Source: a bacterium (lineage in GTDB: Bacteria > Zhuqueibacterota > Zhuqueibacteria > Oceanimicrobiales > Oceanimicrobiaceae). From it: a stretch of DNA of 64,000 bases. The position numbers were made by a program, and so were the translations under genes. The notes below the pieces were generated by a model, which was given only the letters and a program-made list of their open reading frames with translations, searched no databases and was not told the DNA's origin. The stretch spans positions 1 through 64,000 of the forward strand of contig JBHHXN010000011.1 in assembly GCA_046757025.1 (NCBI GenBank), given 5' to 3'. Shown here piece by piece: positions 41,292 to 51,334 of this stretch (position 1 is the stretch's first letter; the number at the start of each line of letters is the position of its first letter).

Positions 41292-44200
41292 ATGAGCCGT
41301 AAATCGATTTTAATTTGGGCCGTCATTTTTGGAATGAGTGCGTTTTGGCGGATGCCAGCCAGGTGCCTCGCCCAACCGCAATTTTACAATCATCCAGAAT
41401 TGAAATGGTTTTCAATTGAAACCGAGCATTTTTATGTTCACTTCCACAACGGTGCCGAACGCACCGCCAAAGTGGTGGCCAAGATCGCAGAAGAAATTTA
41501 CGAACCCATCACCTCGTTGTACCAGTTCAGGCCCTCCGGCAAATATCATTTCATTATCAAAGATCACGACGACTATTCAAACGGCGGGGCATTTTTTTAT
41601 GACAACAAAATAGAAATTTGGGCAACGCCCATGCGCTTTGAACTACGCGGTACCCACGATTGGCTGAGAAACGTGGTGACGCATGAATTCACGCACATGG
41701 TGCAGCTGCAATCGGCCCGGAAAATCACCCGCAGAATTCCCGCCTTTTATTTGCAGGCCATCGGTTACGAAAGCACCCGGCGGGAGGATGTGCTGCACGG
41801 CGGACCCAACGTCATTGCATCTTACCCGTTTGCCATGACCGTGATGCCCGGTTGGTTTGCAGAAGGTGTGGCGCAGTTCCAGATTCCCGGCCTGGAATAC
41901 GAAACCTGGGATTCCCACCGGGACATGATTCTGCGTACCGCCACCCTCGATGATAAACTTTTGACTTACAACCAAATGGGCGTGTTTGGCAAGAACAGCT
42001 TGGGAAACGAAAAGGTGTACAACCACGGTTACGCGTTCGTTTCCTATCTGGTGCAGCAGTACGGTTTGGAAACCGTGCGCACGGTTTCCCACAACATGAA
42101 ATCGTTTTTTCGACTGTCTCTGGATGGAGCGCTGAAAAAAGCCACCGGCAAAAGCGGCCGGCAACTGTATAAAGACTGGACTACCGCACTGCGGGAGCAG
42201 TATGTCTCCCAAACGAGTGAAATTAGAAAGAACAAAGTCGAGGGTAAAATTCTGGAAGCCAGCGGCCTTGCCAATTTAAATCCTGTCTGGTCGCCGGAAG
42301 GCACCCGCATCGCTTACCATTCAAATCGAGGGCGGGACTACATGTCGCAGACGCAATTGATGGTCCGAAACATGCAAAGCGGAAAAACCGAAGCGGTCGC
42401 TGCCGGCAGATATGCCATCGCCTGGTCGCCAGATGGCCGCAAATTGGCCTTTGCCAGCAATTCAGCACGCAGTAAAGGCGGCTCCCGATATTACGATATC
42501 TACAGTTATGAGCTGGATTCCCGTAACAAGACCCGTGAAACCAGGGCACAACGCGCCCACAGTCCCGATTGGTCGGCCGACGGAAAGAAACTGGTTTACA
42601 TCACGGCAAAAGACGGCACCGAAAATTTGGAGATTTTACATTTAGACAGCCGAGAAAAAGTTAAGATCACGCACTTCCAGAATGGCGAGCAACTGCATCA
42701 GCCTCGCTGGTCGCCGGACGGTAAGTCCGTTCTCTTTACGCTTTCCAGAGGAAATCACCAGGACCTGTATCTGAAGGATTTGGAAAACGGCGAACTCATG
42801 GCGATTTTAGAAGATCCCGCTGATTCCCGAGATGCCGTGTTCGGTGCGGACGGCAGACACATCTATTTTAGCTGGGACAAAACCGGCATTTACAACATCT
42901 ATTCGCTGGATTTGACGACTAAGAAAACCGTACAATGGACCAACGTCATCGGAGGCGCTTTCATGCCGTCGGTGAGCCGCAACGGTGCTCTGGTGTTTTC
43001 CCTGTTCACTTCAGATGGTTATAAAATCTCTGTCATTGAAAAACCACTGCCGGTGCGGGAATCTTCCGCGCCTTATTTGACGCTTCAGGAGGGACCCCAG
43101 TTTGCTTCTGTAAAGACGCATCTACAAGACGCCAATATAAGCAAAATCAACGTGCACAATTTCGACGATAGCCAGCTTCCCGATTTTCAGATCAAGCCTT
43201 ACAAAAATCAGTATTCCTCGTTGACCTTTTTGCCGCGTGTTATGCTGGATTACGGCACGGTGAAAGTCGGAACCTACCTTTATTCCTACGACGTTTTAAA
43301 TAAATATGGATTTCTGGCGGGTTTTGATGTCAATCGCCGCGGCGATTACGATTTGTTTACTTTGATCGAATATCGAAACTTCGGACCGACCCTGTTTTTG
43401 GAAGCTTATAACCAGATTCAACACACCAAAGCGCGCGTGGACGATCCGAAAATTTTGCTGGGAAGAGGCTTGTTCGATGAAACGGTGGACAAATTTAAGT
43501 TCAATCTGGCCGAGGTGGACGCCGGCGTCAGTTTTAAGCTCAGCGATGCCAACGAGCTGCGAACCGCTTTTGTTTACAGCCGTTACGGCGTGAAAGCGAA
43601 TTTGAATTTTAGCACGGGGCCGGTTACGCTGCATTATAAATATTTTATCGGGCGCGATATTTCCGTCCGCTTCACTCATCGCGGTTTTGTGCCGGCGGTT
43701 GATTCGGAAATCAATCCCACTGGCCGATTCATTTTACTGGAATATGATTTTGAATTTAATAAATTCCTGGAAGATTTTGAAACCGACCAGCCGGTGAGCA
43801 TTGAAAAGTTTTCCAATTTCAACTACCATAAATTTACCGTGGATTGGAAAGAAAATTGGCGTTTGCCCCTGAAAAATCACACCATCAATTTTGTCCTGCA
43901 AGCCGGATTCATCACCACCAAAGATGACACACTGGAAGACGGCACTTTTAAAGACGACAGTTTTTTCTATTTTTTTGGCGGCGGTTTGTTTGGCAACCGT
44001 GGATATCCCTACTTCAGTATCGAAGGCCGAAAATCGATTTTGGGCCGGGTCACCTACCGACTGCCGCTGGTGAGGAACCTCGATTTGCGCTTTATGCATC
44101 TCTATTTCGACAAAATATTTCTGGGCTTGTTTGTCGATTATGGCAATGCCTTTAATGAAAATAAATTAAATTTTGATAAATTCAAAACCAGCGTCGGTGT

Positions 44201-44354
44201 GCAGTTGCGGATGGATAGCTTTTCTTTTTATTCCTACCCAACCCGCGTCTTTTTCGATGCGGCTTATGGGTTGAACAAATTTCAATTTGCAAACCAGACT
44301 TATGGCAATGAATGGAGATTTTATTTTGGTCTCTCATTCGGTTTTTTGGATTAA
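41292..44354 (+). CDS. peptidase MA-like + PD40/TolB propeller + Omp85-type barrel fusion
   Basis: W.sIETEHF, HEFTH, PGWFAEGVA, several WSPDG repeats, DYGNAF, terminal FYFGLSFGFLD. Confidence 0.8.
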   Translation: MSRKSILIWAVIFGMSAFWRMPARCLAQPQFYNHPELKWFSIETEHFYVHFHNGAERTAKVVAKIAEEIYEPITSLYQFRPSGKYHFIIKDHDDYSNGGAFFYDNKIEIWATPMRFELRGTHDWLRNVVTHEFTHMVQLQSARKITRRIPAFYLQAIGYESTRREDVLHGGPNVIASYPFAMTVMPGWFAEGVAQFQIPGLEYETWDSHRDMILRTATLDDKLLTYNQMGVFGKNSLGNEKVYNHGYAFVSYLVQQYGLETVRTVSHNMKSFFRLSLDGALKKATGKSGRQLYKDWTTALREQYVSQTSEIRKNKVEGKILEASGLANLNPVWSPEGTRIAYHSNRGRDYMSQTQLMVRNMQSGKTEAVAAGRYAIAWSPDGRKLAFASNSARSKGGSRYYDIYSYELDSRNKTRETRAQRAHSPDWSADGKKLVYITAKDGTENLEILHLDSREKVKITHFQNGEQLHQPRWSPDGKSVLFTLSRGNHQDLYLKDLENGELMAILEDPADSRDAVFGADGRHIYFSWDKTGIYNIYSLDLTTKKTVQWTNVIGGAFMPSVSRNGALVFSLFTSDGYKISVIEKPLPVRESSAPYLTLQEGPQFASVKTHLQDANISKINVHNFDDSQLPDFQIKPYKNQYSSLTFLPRVMLDYGTVKVGTYLYSYDVLNKYGFLAGFDVNRRGDYDLFTLIEYRNFGPTLFLEAYNQIQHTKARVDDPKILLGRGLFDETVDKFKFNLAEVDAGVSFKLSDANELRTAFVYSRYGVKANLNFSTGPVTLHYKYFIGRDISVRFTHRGFVPAVDSEINPTGRFILLEYDFEFNKFLEDFETDQPVSIEKFSNFNYHKFTVDWKENWRLPLKNHTINFVLQAGFITTKDDTLEDGTFKDDSFFYFFGGGLFGNRGYPYFSIEGRKSILGRVTYRLPLVRNLDLRFMHLYFDKIFLGLFVDYGNAFNENKLNFDKFKTSVGVQLRMDSFSFYSYPTRVFFDAAYGLNKFQFANQTYGNEWRFYFGLSFGFLD

Positions 44355-44374
44355 AATAAAAAAGGGTTAATGGC

Positions 44375-45271
44375 ATGAAAAATCTAACTCTATTCGTGAT
44401 CATCCTGGTGCTTGTGGGAATGACAAACCCGGCCCTGGCTGATGAAGGAGCCAAATCAGCCAAAGAGGTTTTTATGCGCTCCTGGATTGAATCTGGCTCT
44501 CGTTTGCACTTACAAAATGAAATGACCACCAACTCAAATGAAAAAAGATGGCCAGAGCAAGATTTCAAATTGAATGATGAACAAAAGAATGGCACAAAAT
44601 CCATCGCGAAAGCCGTGTTGTTTTCGGCGGCGGTGCCGGGAGCAGGTCAATTTTACAACAAATCTTATTTGAAAAGTATCTTATTTGTGGTACTTGAAGC
44701 CGCCACTTTGACGGGTTATGTTCATTTTCAAAATCGCGGCAATGATCTGGAATCGCAATTTGAACGCTATGCGGATCAATATTGGAGTGAAGATGTTTAC
44801 TGGGACTGGATGGCAAATATCAGCGCCATCGATCGCTCGAATATGGCTGCGTTACGTGAGTTTGAACGCGCAAATTTCAGCCATTTTTTGCCCGAAGAAA
44901 AATCACAGCAATATTATGAGAATATTGGTAAGTACAATCAATTTGTTATCGGGTGGGATGATTTGAATTTTAAACCCGAAAATTTAACTTATCAGGATTA
45001 TCTGAATAGCAGCTACAATGGACAGAATTTGGATACCATATCAGCTTTGCGAGAAGATTACACTTTGCAGCGCAAGGATGCCAACGACAATTTTAAACGC
45101 GCCACCAATTTGATCACCATCACCATGCTCAATCATGTGATCAGCGCCATCGAAGCCGGATTCACCGCTAAACGGCGCAATCGCCGTGCCTTGAAAGCGA
45201 ATATTCGTTTCAGAGGGATGTACTATTACAACGATATTATTCCATCGATAAATTTAGGACTGAAATGGTAA
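44375..45271 (+). CDS. DUF5683-like exported/membrane protein
   Basis: SAAVPGAGQFY, YYENIGKY, NHVISAIEA. Confidence 0.7.
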   Translation: MKNLTLFVIILVLVGMTNPALADEGAKSAKEVFMRSWIESGSRLHLQNEMTTNSNEKRWPEQDFKLNDEQKNGTKSIAKAVLFSAAVPGAGQFYNKSYLKSILFVVLEAATLTGYVHFQNRGNDLESQFERYADQYWSEDVYWDWMANISAIDRSNMAALREFERANFSHFLPEEKSQQYYENIGKYNQFVIGWDDLNFKPENLTYQDYLNSSYNGQNLDTISALREDYTLQRKDANDNFKRATNLITITMLNHVISAIEAGFTAKRRNRRALKANIRFRGMYYYNDIIPSINLGLKW

Positions 45272-46077
45272 AATCCATCGTTCAAATTGGCGTGTTTACC
45301 TGGGCGTTAGGGTTGACTGCTGTGTTCGCGGGAACGCCCCAGCTGCAAAAGCCCTCGAATGCCAACCCATTGCAGCCGTCGCAATTAGGTTTTGAGCTGA
45401 AATTAAAAGCTCTAAATTCTGTGGTGGATAATCGCTACCTGCGCAACGAAAGCAGCACGCTGTCGAATTTTTCTGCCAATTTACAAGCAAAAGTACAGCC
45501 CAAATCCAAAGGCCGAGCCTTTTTGCAGTCGTTGATTTTGCCGGGCTGGGGGCAGTATTACGCTGGCTCTAAATCCATGATGAAAATGTTCATCGTAACC
45601 GAAGTGCTGACTTGGGCCTCCTACATCGGTTTCACCACCTGGAAAAACTGGCTGGCGGACGATTACCGTACTTTTGCGGTCACCCACGCGGGCGTCGATC
45701 TGGAAGGTAAATCCGAAAGATACTTTGTGGACGTCGGTAATTTTCGGGACATCTTTGAGTTTAATCAAGCGCAACTCCGCGACCGGGACGTCGCTTCGCT
45801 CTATCCCGAAACCGCCGAGTTTTTCTGGCGGTGGGACAGCGCGGAAAACCAGCAAAAGTTCGAGACGCTCCGCATACGAAGCGATAGAGCCGGTAACCGA
45901 GCTGAATTTGCCCTGGCAGCGGTGTTTCTAAATCACCTGCTTAGCGCCATCCATTCTACGCTGGCGGTGCATAAATTCAACAAGCAGCTTGCTCAACTGA
46001 AGCTAGGTTTGCGAATGGATGTTAAGGGACTTGCGCAAAACAACCAGCTGCAACTCACCCTGAGTAAACGATTTTAG
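45265..46077 (+). CDS. DUF5683-like protein, paralog of upstream gene
   Basis: SLILPGWGQYY, YFVDVGNF, WRWDS, NHLLSAI. Confidence 0.7.
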   Translation: MVKSIVQIGVFTWALGLTAVFAGTPQLQKPSNANPLQPSQLGFELKLKALNSVVDNRYLRNESSTLSNFSANLQAKVQPKSKGRAFLQSLILPGWGQYYAGSKSMMKMFIVTEVLTWASYIGFTTWKNWLADDYRTFAVTHAGVDLEGKSERYFVDVGNFRDIFEFNQAQLRDRDVASLYPETAEFFWRWDSAENQQKFETLRIRSDRAGNRAEFALAAVFLNHLLSAIHSTLAVHKFNKQLAQLKLGLRMDVKGLAQNNQLQLTLSKRF

Positions 46078-46122
46078 GCCAGGGGTTGTCCACGGATTGT
46101 GTATAAAAACCATGTTTTGTTG

Positions 46123-46154
46123 GAGCTTCGGTCGGTAACGGTCGGGGCTTTTTT
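46123..46154 (+). terminator. intrinsic terminator
   Basis: AGCTTCGGTCG/CGGTCGGGGCT (with G-U pairs) plus T-run. Confidence 0.65.
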
Positions 46155-46273
46155 ATGAAAACGAAATCGCAAAAATAAACGATATCAAATGTTTGACTTT
46201 TGAAATTCAGATTATTAAAATTCAATATACAAACAGATTTGCGAACGGCACAAAATGGGGATGGCGAGTTAAA

Positions 46274-46948
46274 ATGAGTGTTCAAAAAGCGAAACAAGCG
46301 GCTGCTGAAAAAGCGATCTCTTACATTAAAGACGGTATGATCATCGGATTGGGCACGGGCTCCACGGCTTACTTTGCGATTCAGAAACTGGGTAAGTTAG
46401 TCGCGCAAGGATTGACTGTGAAAGCGGTTCCGACCTCTAGTGCCACGGAAAGACTGGCGAGAGAACAAGCCATTCCGCTGCTGGATGAATTTGATCGCGT
46501 CGATGTCACCATCGACGGCGCCGATGAAGTCGATGTGTGCGGCAACCTGATAAAAGGCGGCGGGGGCGCTTTGACCAGAGAAAAATTGGTGGCCGCGGCC
46601 AGCGAGATGGAGATCATCATCGTGGACGAGTCGAAATTAGTACCGACGCTGGGCAATTTTCCTCTGCCGGTCGAAGTCCTGCCTTTCGGCTGGCCATTTG
46701 TGCAAAAACGGTTAAATGCCCTGGACTGCGAAAGCACGGTGCGAACGTGCGATGAGAAATTTTTTGTAACCGACAATCAAAATTATATCATCGATTGCGA
46801 ATTTGGAGTTATTTCGCATCCCTCCGAGCTGGCCTCTGAAATCAAATCCATTCCTGGCGTGGTGGAATGTGGATTATTTATCGAACTAACCGATCTAGTT
46901 ATCGTGGGTCGAGCAGACGGGAGTGCCGAAGAAAAATCTTTTCGATAA
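46274..46948 (+). CDS. rpiA: ribose-5-phosphate isomerase A
   Basis: GLGTGST, IDGADEVD, IKGGGGALTREK, LPVEV, PGVVECGLF; start moved to ATG 46274. Confidence 0.97.
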   Translation: MSVQKAKQAAAEKAISYIKDGMIIGLGTGSTAYFAIQKLGKLVAQGLTVKAVPTSSATERLAREQAIPLLDEFDRVDVTIDGADEVDVCGNLIKGGGGALTREKLVAAASEMEIIIVDESKLVPTLGNFPLPVEVLPFGWPFVQKRLNALDCESTVRTCDEKFFVTDNQNYIIDCEFGVISHPSELASEIKSIPGVVECGLFIELTDLVIVGRADGSAEEKSFR

Positions 46949-47062
46949 ATATAATGAATAATATTATCTTGCAGGGAACGGCTACAATCCGTTTTGTGTT
47001 TCCTCTAACATTGACATTTGAAAAAAACGCCTGGTGAGTGAGACTACATTTGCACAAAACAC

Positions 47063-48031
47063 TCAATCTTTTGGGATAGCGTATTTTTTCATTTTAAAGC
47101 GTAACGTTGCTTCCGGTATTCCCAGCAAACGGGCGGCTTTCACTTGATTGCCAGCGAATTTCACCAGCGCCTTTTTGATCAGGTAGGTTTCGACGTCAGA
47201 AATAACCCGTTTTAAATTCGAGACTTCTATGAAATCCAATGGATGGCGTTTGATCTCAAACGGCAGATAGTCGGTAGAGAGCTCGCCATTCGGCGACATC
47301 ATCACCAGGTTTTCAACACAGTTTTTTAATTCATGCGCATTTCCCCGCCAATCATATTCCAGAATGGATTCGAATATTTCAGCGGGCACGGCTGGAATTT
47401 CCACTTCGTTTTCTTCACAATATCTTTTCAGAAAATAGATGAACAGCTCCGGAATGTCCTGTTTGGTCTCTTTCAACGGCGGCACCGAAATGGACAAAGC
47501 GTTTAGAAGATAGTATAGATCTTTGCGAAATTTGCCCGTTTCAACGTCGTGCTCGATGTCCTGGTCTGTGGAAGAAATAATTCTCACTTCGAGCGGAATA
47601 ATTTCTGACCCTCCGATTCTGCGAAAACGCTTTTCACGGAAAACTTGCAACAATTCAAATTGAAAATCCGCATCCAGATCGCTGACATTTTTTAGGTAAA
47701 GAATTCCGCGATTCGCTTTCTCTAAGATACCGATGGTTCTCTGGATGGTGCCATCATTCTTTATTTCTTCGCCGTATAAATCTTGTTTATCCATGGTAAT
47801 CCCCAGCGCAGAACAATTGAGCTCCACAAAGGGGCGATTTTTTTTGGTACTCAAAGAATGGATGAGTTTCGCGATAAATTTTTTACCCGTTCCTGTGTCC
47901 CCCACGATTAAAATGTGGCTGGCCACTTTGGAGAATTTTTTTATCGCTCGTTTTATTTTTTTTGCTTCAGGACTGTTGCCAATAAAGGTTGGCTCCTGAA
48001 AAACTTTCCCCGCATTTTCATTCTCTCTCAT
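47063..48031 (-). CDS. sigma54-interaction-type AAA+/Fis-HTH regulator, degenerate, no input domain
   Basis: GDTGTGK, PFVELNC, FRKDLYY, WRGNAHEL, GNQVKAARLLGI; GAFTGA absent; Walker B reads LYLKNV. Confidence 0.88.
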   Translation of the reverse strand: MRENENAGKVFQEPTFIGNSPEAKKIKRAIKKFSKVASHILIVGDTGTGKKFIAKLIHSLSTKKNRPFVELNCSALGITMDKQDLYGEEIKNDGTIQRTIGILEKANRGILYLKNVSDLDADFQFELLQVFREKRFRRIGGSEIIPLEVRIISSTDQDIEHDVETGKFRKDLYYLLNALSISVPPLKETKQDIPELFIYFLKRYCEENEVEIPAVPAEIFESILEYDWRGNAHELKNCVENLVMMSPNGELSTDYLPFEIKRHPLDFIEVSNLKRVISDVETYLIKKALVKFAGNQVKAARLLGIPEATLRFKMKKYAIPKD

Positions 48032-48049
48032 TTTATGTATCCTTTTAGA

Positions 48050-49123
48050 TTAATTATGTTTAATGGAAATTAAATTGTCATCTTTGAGCCGTTTGTGATA
48101 CAAAGCCGACAGAAAATAAAATAATATGAGAACGCCAAACGCTATGACGACAAAATTCAGTTTAATAAACAGCGAGACTTCAAAATAGTTAATACAGAAG
48201 ACAAAAAATAGCGTTAAAAAGCCCATTGCATTTCGTCGTTGATGAAAATAGGCTTTCATAAAACTGATTACAGATTTTGAAACGCTTTTTTTCCTTTTGA
48301 TCGGTACGCCAAGAGCGTTTCCCGATATCACGATAGAATCGTAGAACTGTCCAAATGGTGAGTAGGCATAATTAAGTAATCTAATCATGGTGATCACAAA
48401 GAACGACAGCGTGACAACCAGTACGTACTGTGTAAAGGTGAAAATGGTGATGGCGTAAATATTGCCGATGAGGTTGGTGATATCCATGATAATCATGATG
48501 AAAAAGCAAACCATGATGGTATTGATGTGTTCTCCTATTGAGCGATCATATTTATACAAAATGACTCCATACAGTCCCAGAAAAAACAACGGCAGGAAAT
48601 CGGAGAATAAAATGCTTTTGTATAAATAAGCGTTATCGTGTTTTAAAATGTATTCTTTATCCATTAAAAACGGAAAAAAGTGCCACAAAAAAATTGGCAG
48701 AATTACAGCTAAACTCAGGCCATAAATGTATCCTGCATCGATTTTTCTAAAGAGATATTTTATACTGATGTAGATAATACAAAAAACAAAAAGAAAAGTT
48801 TGAATAATATTGAGGTACTCGTAGAAAAACCAGGCATGATAGTTATTCCCGATAAAATTATCTTCCCCGATAAAAAGCGCGGCAAAACTGAAGCTGTGAA
48901 ACAGCGCAAAGATGCTGATGTTTAAAAATATGAACTTATTATTTTTACTTTGTTTGAAAAGATAAACGCACTGAAGAAAAAGCAAAAAATAAATCGAGCA
49001 ATTGAGCCAGGTTAAAATGGGAACCTGTTGATGCGGTAGATTTGTAAGAATGATGAGTATTAAAACGAAGGACAACCAGACATTGATAACCCGGAAATGA
49101 ATATTGAAATTTTTGGAAAACAT
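48050..49123 (-). CDS. polytopic membrane protein (~10 TM), sensor-like, no catalytic domain
   Basis: 357-aa highly hydrophobic ORF in apparent operon. Confidence 0.8.
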   Translation of the reverse strand: MFSKNFNIHFRVINVWLSFVLILIILTNLPHQQVPILTWLNCSIYFLLFLQCVYLFKQSKNNKFIFLNISIFALFHSFSFAALFIGEDNFIGNNYHAWFFYEYLNIIQTFLFVFCIIYISIKYLFRKIDAGYIYGLSLAVILPIFLWHFFPFLMDKEYILKHDNAYLYKSILFSDFLPLFFLGLYGVILYKYDRSIGEHINTIMVCFFIMIIMDITNLIGNIYAITIFTFTQYVLVVTLSFFVITMIRLLNYAYSPFGQFYDSIVISGNALGVPIKRKKSVSKSVISFMKAYFHQRRNAMGFLTLFFVFCINYFEVSLFIKLNFVVIAFGVLILFYFLSALYHKRLKDDNLISIKHN

Positions 49124-49189
49124 CTTGACCCGAACAGTTAGAGTTGGTGAATTGAATTAGATTTACTGCAGATATCATTCTGCTTAGCA

Positions 49190-49465
49190 CTATTCTGTGC
49201 CTCCGTCCTTCTTGTCTTTGTCCCTGGGGGCTGGTTTTTTTAATGGCGCCGGTATCGGACTTCGAAAGCTTGCTTTTAAATTGAGATCAGAACTGACGGT
49301 ACCATCTTGAACCACGGTGGTGGAGGCTAATGCACTGGAACTGCTAATTCCAATTTTGCTTAAAACTTGTGTTACTTTGTTCTGTTTATCGATGGATGCG
49401 AATACGAACACAAAAAGAACGTAAACTAAGACGAGCATTACGACGGCGAACAGTTTTTTCTTCAT
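49190..49465 (-). CDS. small exported peptide / membrane-anchored precursor
   Basis: AAGGAGG RBS; MKKK plus hydrophobic helix; Ser-rich middle; Pro/Lys/Asp-rich tail. Confidence 0.8.
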   Translation of the reverse strand: MKKKLFAVVMLVLVYVLFVFVFASIDKQNKVTQVLSKIGISSSSALASTTVVQDGTVSSDLNLKASFRSPIPAPLKKPAPRDKDKKDGGTE

Positions 49466-49512
49466 TGTGACCCTCCTTCATTTTCATGAATTAAACTGTT
49501 CGGGTCGCTTAA

Positions 49513-49541
49513 AATATATTACTATTCTTTCAAATTGTCAA
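49513..49541 (-). promoter_or_regulatory. sigma70-type promoter of peptide operon
   Basis: TTGACA-17 nt-TATATT on minus strand. Confidence 0.7.
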
Positions 49542-49729
49542 GCAAAAACGTATGGAATTGCGAACATTCTGAAATTATTAATAATTTTACGCAAAAACTT
49601 ACGTATTGGAGGGGCGATGCTTCGAATTAAAATGTTCTAATTCGCCAAATGTGACTTGCGTATGAAGAAAATACTAAAGTTTTTTGGATTTGTCAATAAT
49701 TATTTTAGGAAATTAGCAATTTGTTCTGA

Positions 49730-51334
49730 TCAATTGCGCAAATCCGCCATTGACAACAAAACATGGGCATTGGGAAAATATTTGATGGCTTCTTTGAGTT
49801 GTTTATCTCGCGCAACATTTACTTTGAAGCGGGCGTCGCTGCCCCAGAGCAGGTAGGCCATTTCTCGTTTCAGTAAAAATTTGATATCGCTTTTGTCCAC
49901 ACCGAAATCGATTAGGGAAAAATAGGGGTCCGTGCTTTTAACATATTTCATAAAATCCCAGTAGAGTTTCTTGGTTACCTGAAAATTTTCGATAAAATTC
50001 TCTTTCGCCCTCTTCAATTCTGGATGTATGCGGATAAAATCTTTCGCAAAAGCATAAAAAAATCTTTTCTCTGAAAAGTAAAGCTCCCGTAAATTATCGG
50101 AAAGCACGTTTTCCTGGTTGTCTATCCAGATGTCGGGGGTAATGCCGCCACCGCCATAAACCGTGCGGCCGGATAAGGTTTTAAATGCCGGTTTGGCGAT
50201 GATATTGTTTTTTTGGTTACGCTTCTGATCATCGTATGCCGCCCGGTAATATTCATCTTTGGTTTTTTCAAAATAGTCCCTCTGGATAGCTCTTCCACTT
50301 GGCGTGTAATATCTGGCGGTGGTGATGAGCAGCGCGGAACCATCATGAAAGCGGTATTGACTTTGCACCAGCCCTTTGCCGAAGCTGGTTTTCCCGATGA
50401 TCAAGCCGCGGTCTAAATCTTGAATGGCGCCGGCAACGATTTCGGCTGCGCTGGCTGAGCCGTGGTCGATCAGGACCACCAGGGGTACAAGGCGATGCGT
50501 GGTCTCGGAGGTGGAGTAATATTCTTGAAAGCTGCTGGGCAGCCGGCCCTTTGTGGTTAAAATTTTGTGTCCCCCGGGAATAAACTTGTCGGTTACATCG
50601 ATGGCGGTATTCAAATAGCCTCCGCTGTTGCCCCGCAAATCCAGAATGAGTTTTTTCATGCCTTTCGCTTCCAATTTCGTCAAGGCTTTTTCCAGTTCGG
50701 TAGAAGTTTTACTCGTAAATCGTTCGATTTTTACATAGCCGATATCGTTTTGAATTAAATGGCACTGGGTCAGACTTTTCAGTAGAATTTTCTCACGGAT
50801 GAGCTGCTTTCTCTTGGGTGCGCTCCAACGCTCGCTTTCAACCAATAAATTGATGGGCGTACCGGCGGGGCCCATCATTTTTTTTAGGAAATCTTCTTTT
50901 TTGATTCCGATCACCGAAGTGTCGTTGATTTCGATGATTTTGTCGCCTCGTTGTATGCCATTTTTGGAAGCCGGTCCGGATTCGATAACTTTCATCACCG
51001 TCACTTTGTCCTGGATGATTTCAAAACTGATGCCGATGCCGGTATAACCTTCAAAACTCTGGTTCCACATTTTAAAATCGTCCGCTGGCAGGTAGTTGGT
51101 GTGTGGGTCTAATTTTGAAACGACGCCTTTGATGGCGTTCTCGATGAGCTCATCGGCATCGGTTTCCTCGACGTAAGCCCGCTGGATGGTGTCCAGTATG
51201 GAGGTGAAGAGCTTGACTTTGGTGTACAGATTTTCAGAATACGTGATGAATGCGGCGGTGGTTTCTTGACCATAAAAATACGCAAATGTGAAACCAAAAA
51301 GGGCGAGGGCAGTTACAAATGTTTTCCTTAACAT
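49730..51334 (-). CDS. S41A carboxy-terminal processing protease
   Basis: LDPHT, GIGI PDZ, DLRGNSGG, SASAAEI, SFGKGLVQ, YYTPSGR, GGGGITPD; ATG 51334 has AGGAGA RBS. Confidence 0.95.
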   Translation of the reverse strand: MLRKTFVTALALFGFTFAYFYGQETTAAFITYSENLYTKVKLFTSILDTIQRAYVEETDADELIENAIKGVVSKLDPHTNYLPADDFKMWNQSFEGYTGIGISFEIIQDKVTVMKVIESGPASKNGIQRGDKIIEINDTSVIGIKKEDFLKKMMGPAGTPINLLVESERWSAPKRKQLIREKILLKSLTQCHLIQNDIGYVKIERFTSKTSTELEKALTKLEAKGMKKLILDLRGNSGGYLNTAIDVTDKFIPGGHKILTTKGRLPSSFQEYYSTSETTHRLVPLVVLIDHGSASAAEIVAGAIQDLDRGLIIGKTSFGKGLVQSQYRFHDGSALLITTARYYTPSGRAIQRDYFEKTKDEYYRAAYDDQKRNQKNNIIAKPAFKTLSGRTVYGGGGITPDIWIDNQENVLSDNLRELYFSEKRFFYAFAKDFIRIHPELKRAKENFIENFQVTKKLYWDFMKYVKSTDPYFSLIDFGVDKSDIKFLLKREMAYLLWGSDARFKVNVARDKQLKEAIKYFPNAHVLLSMADLRN

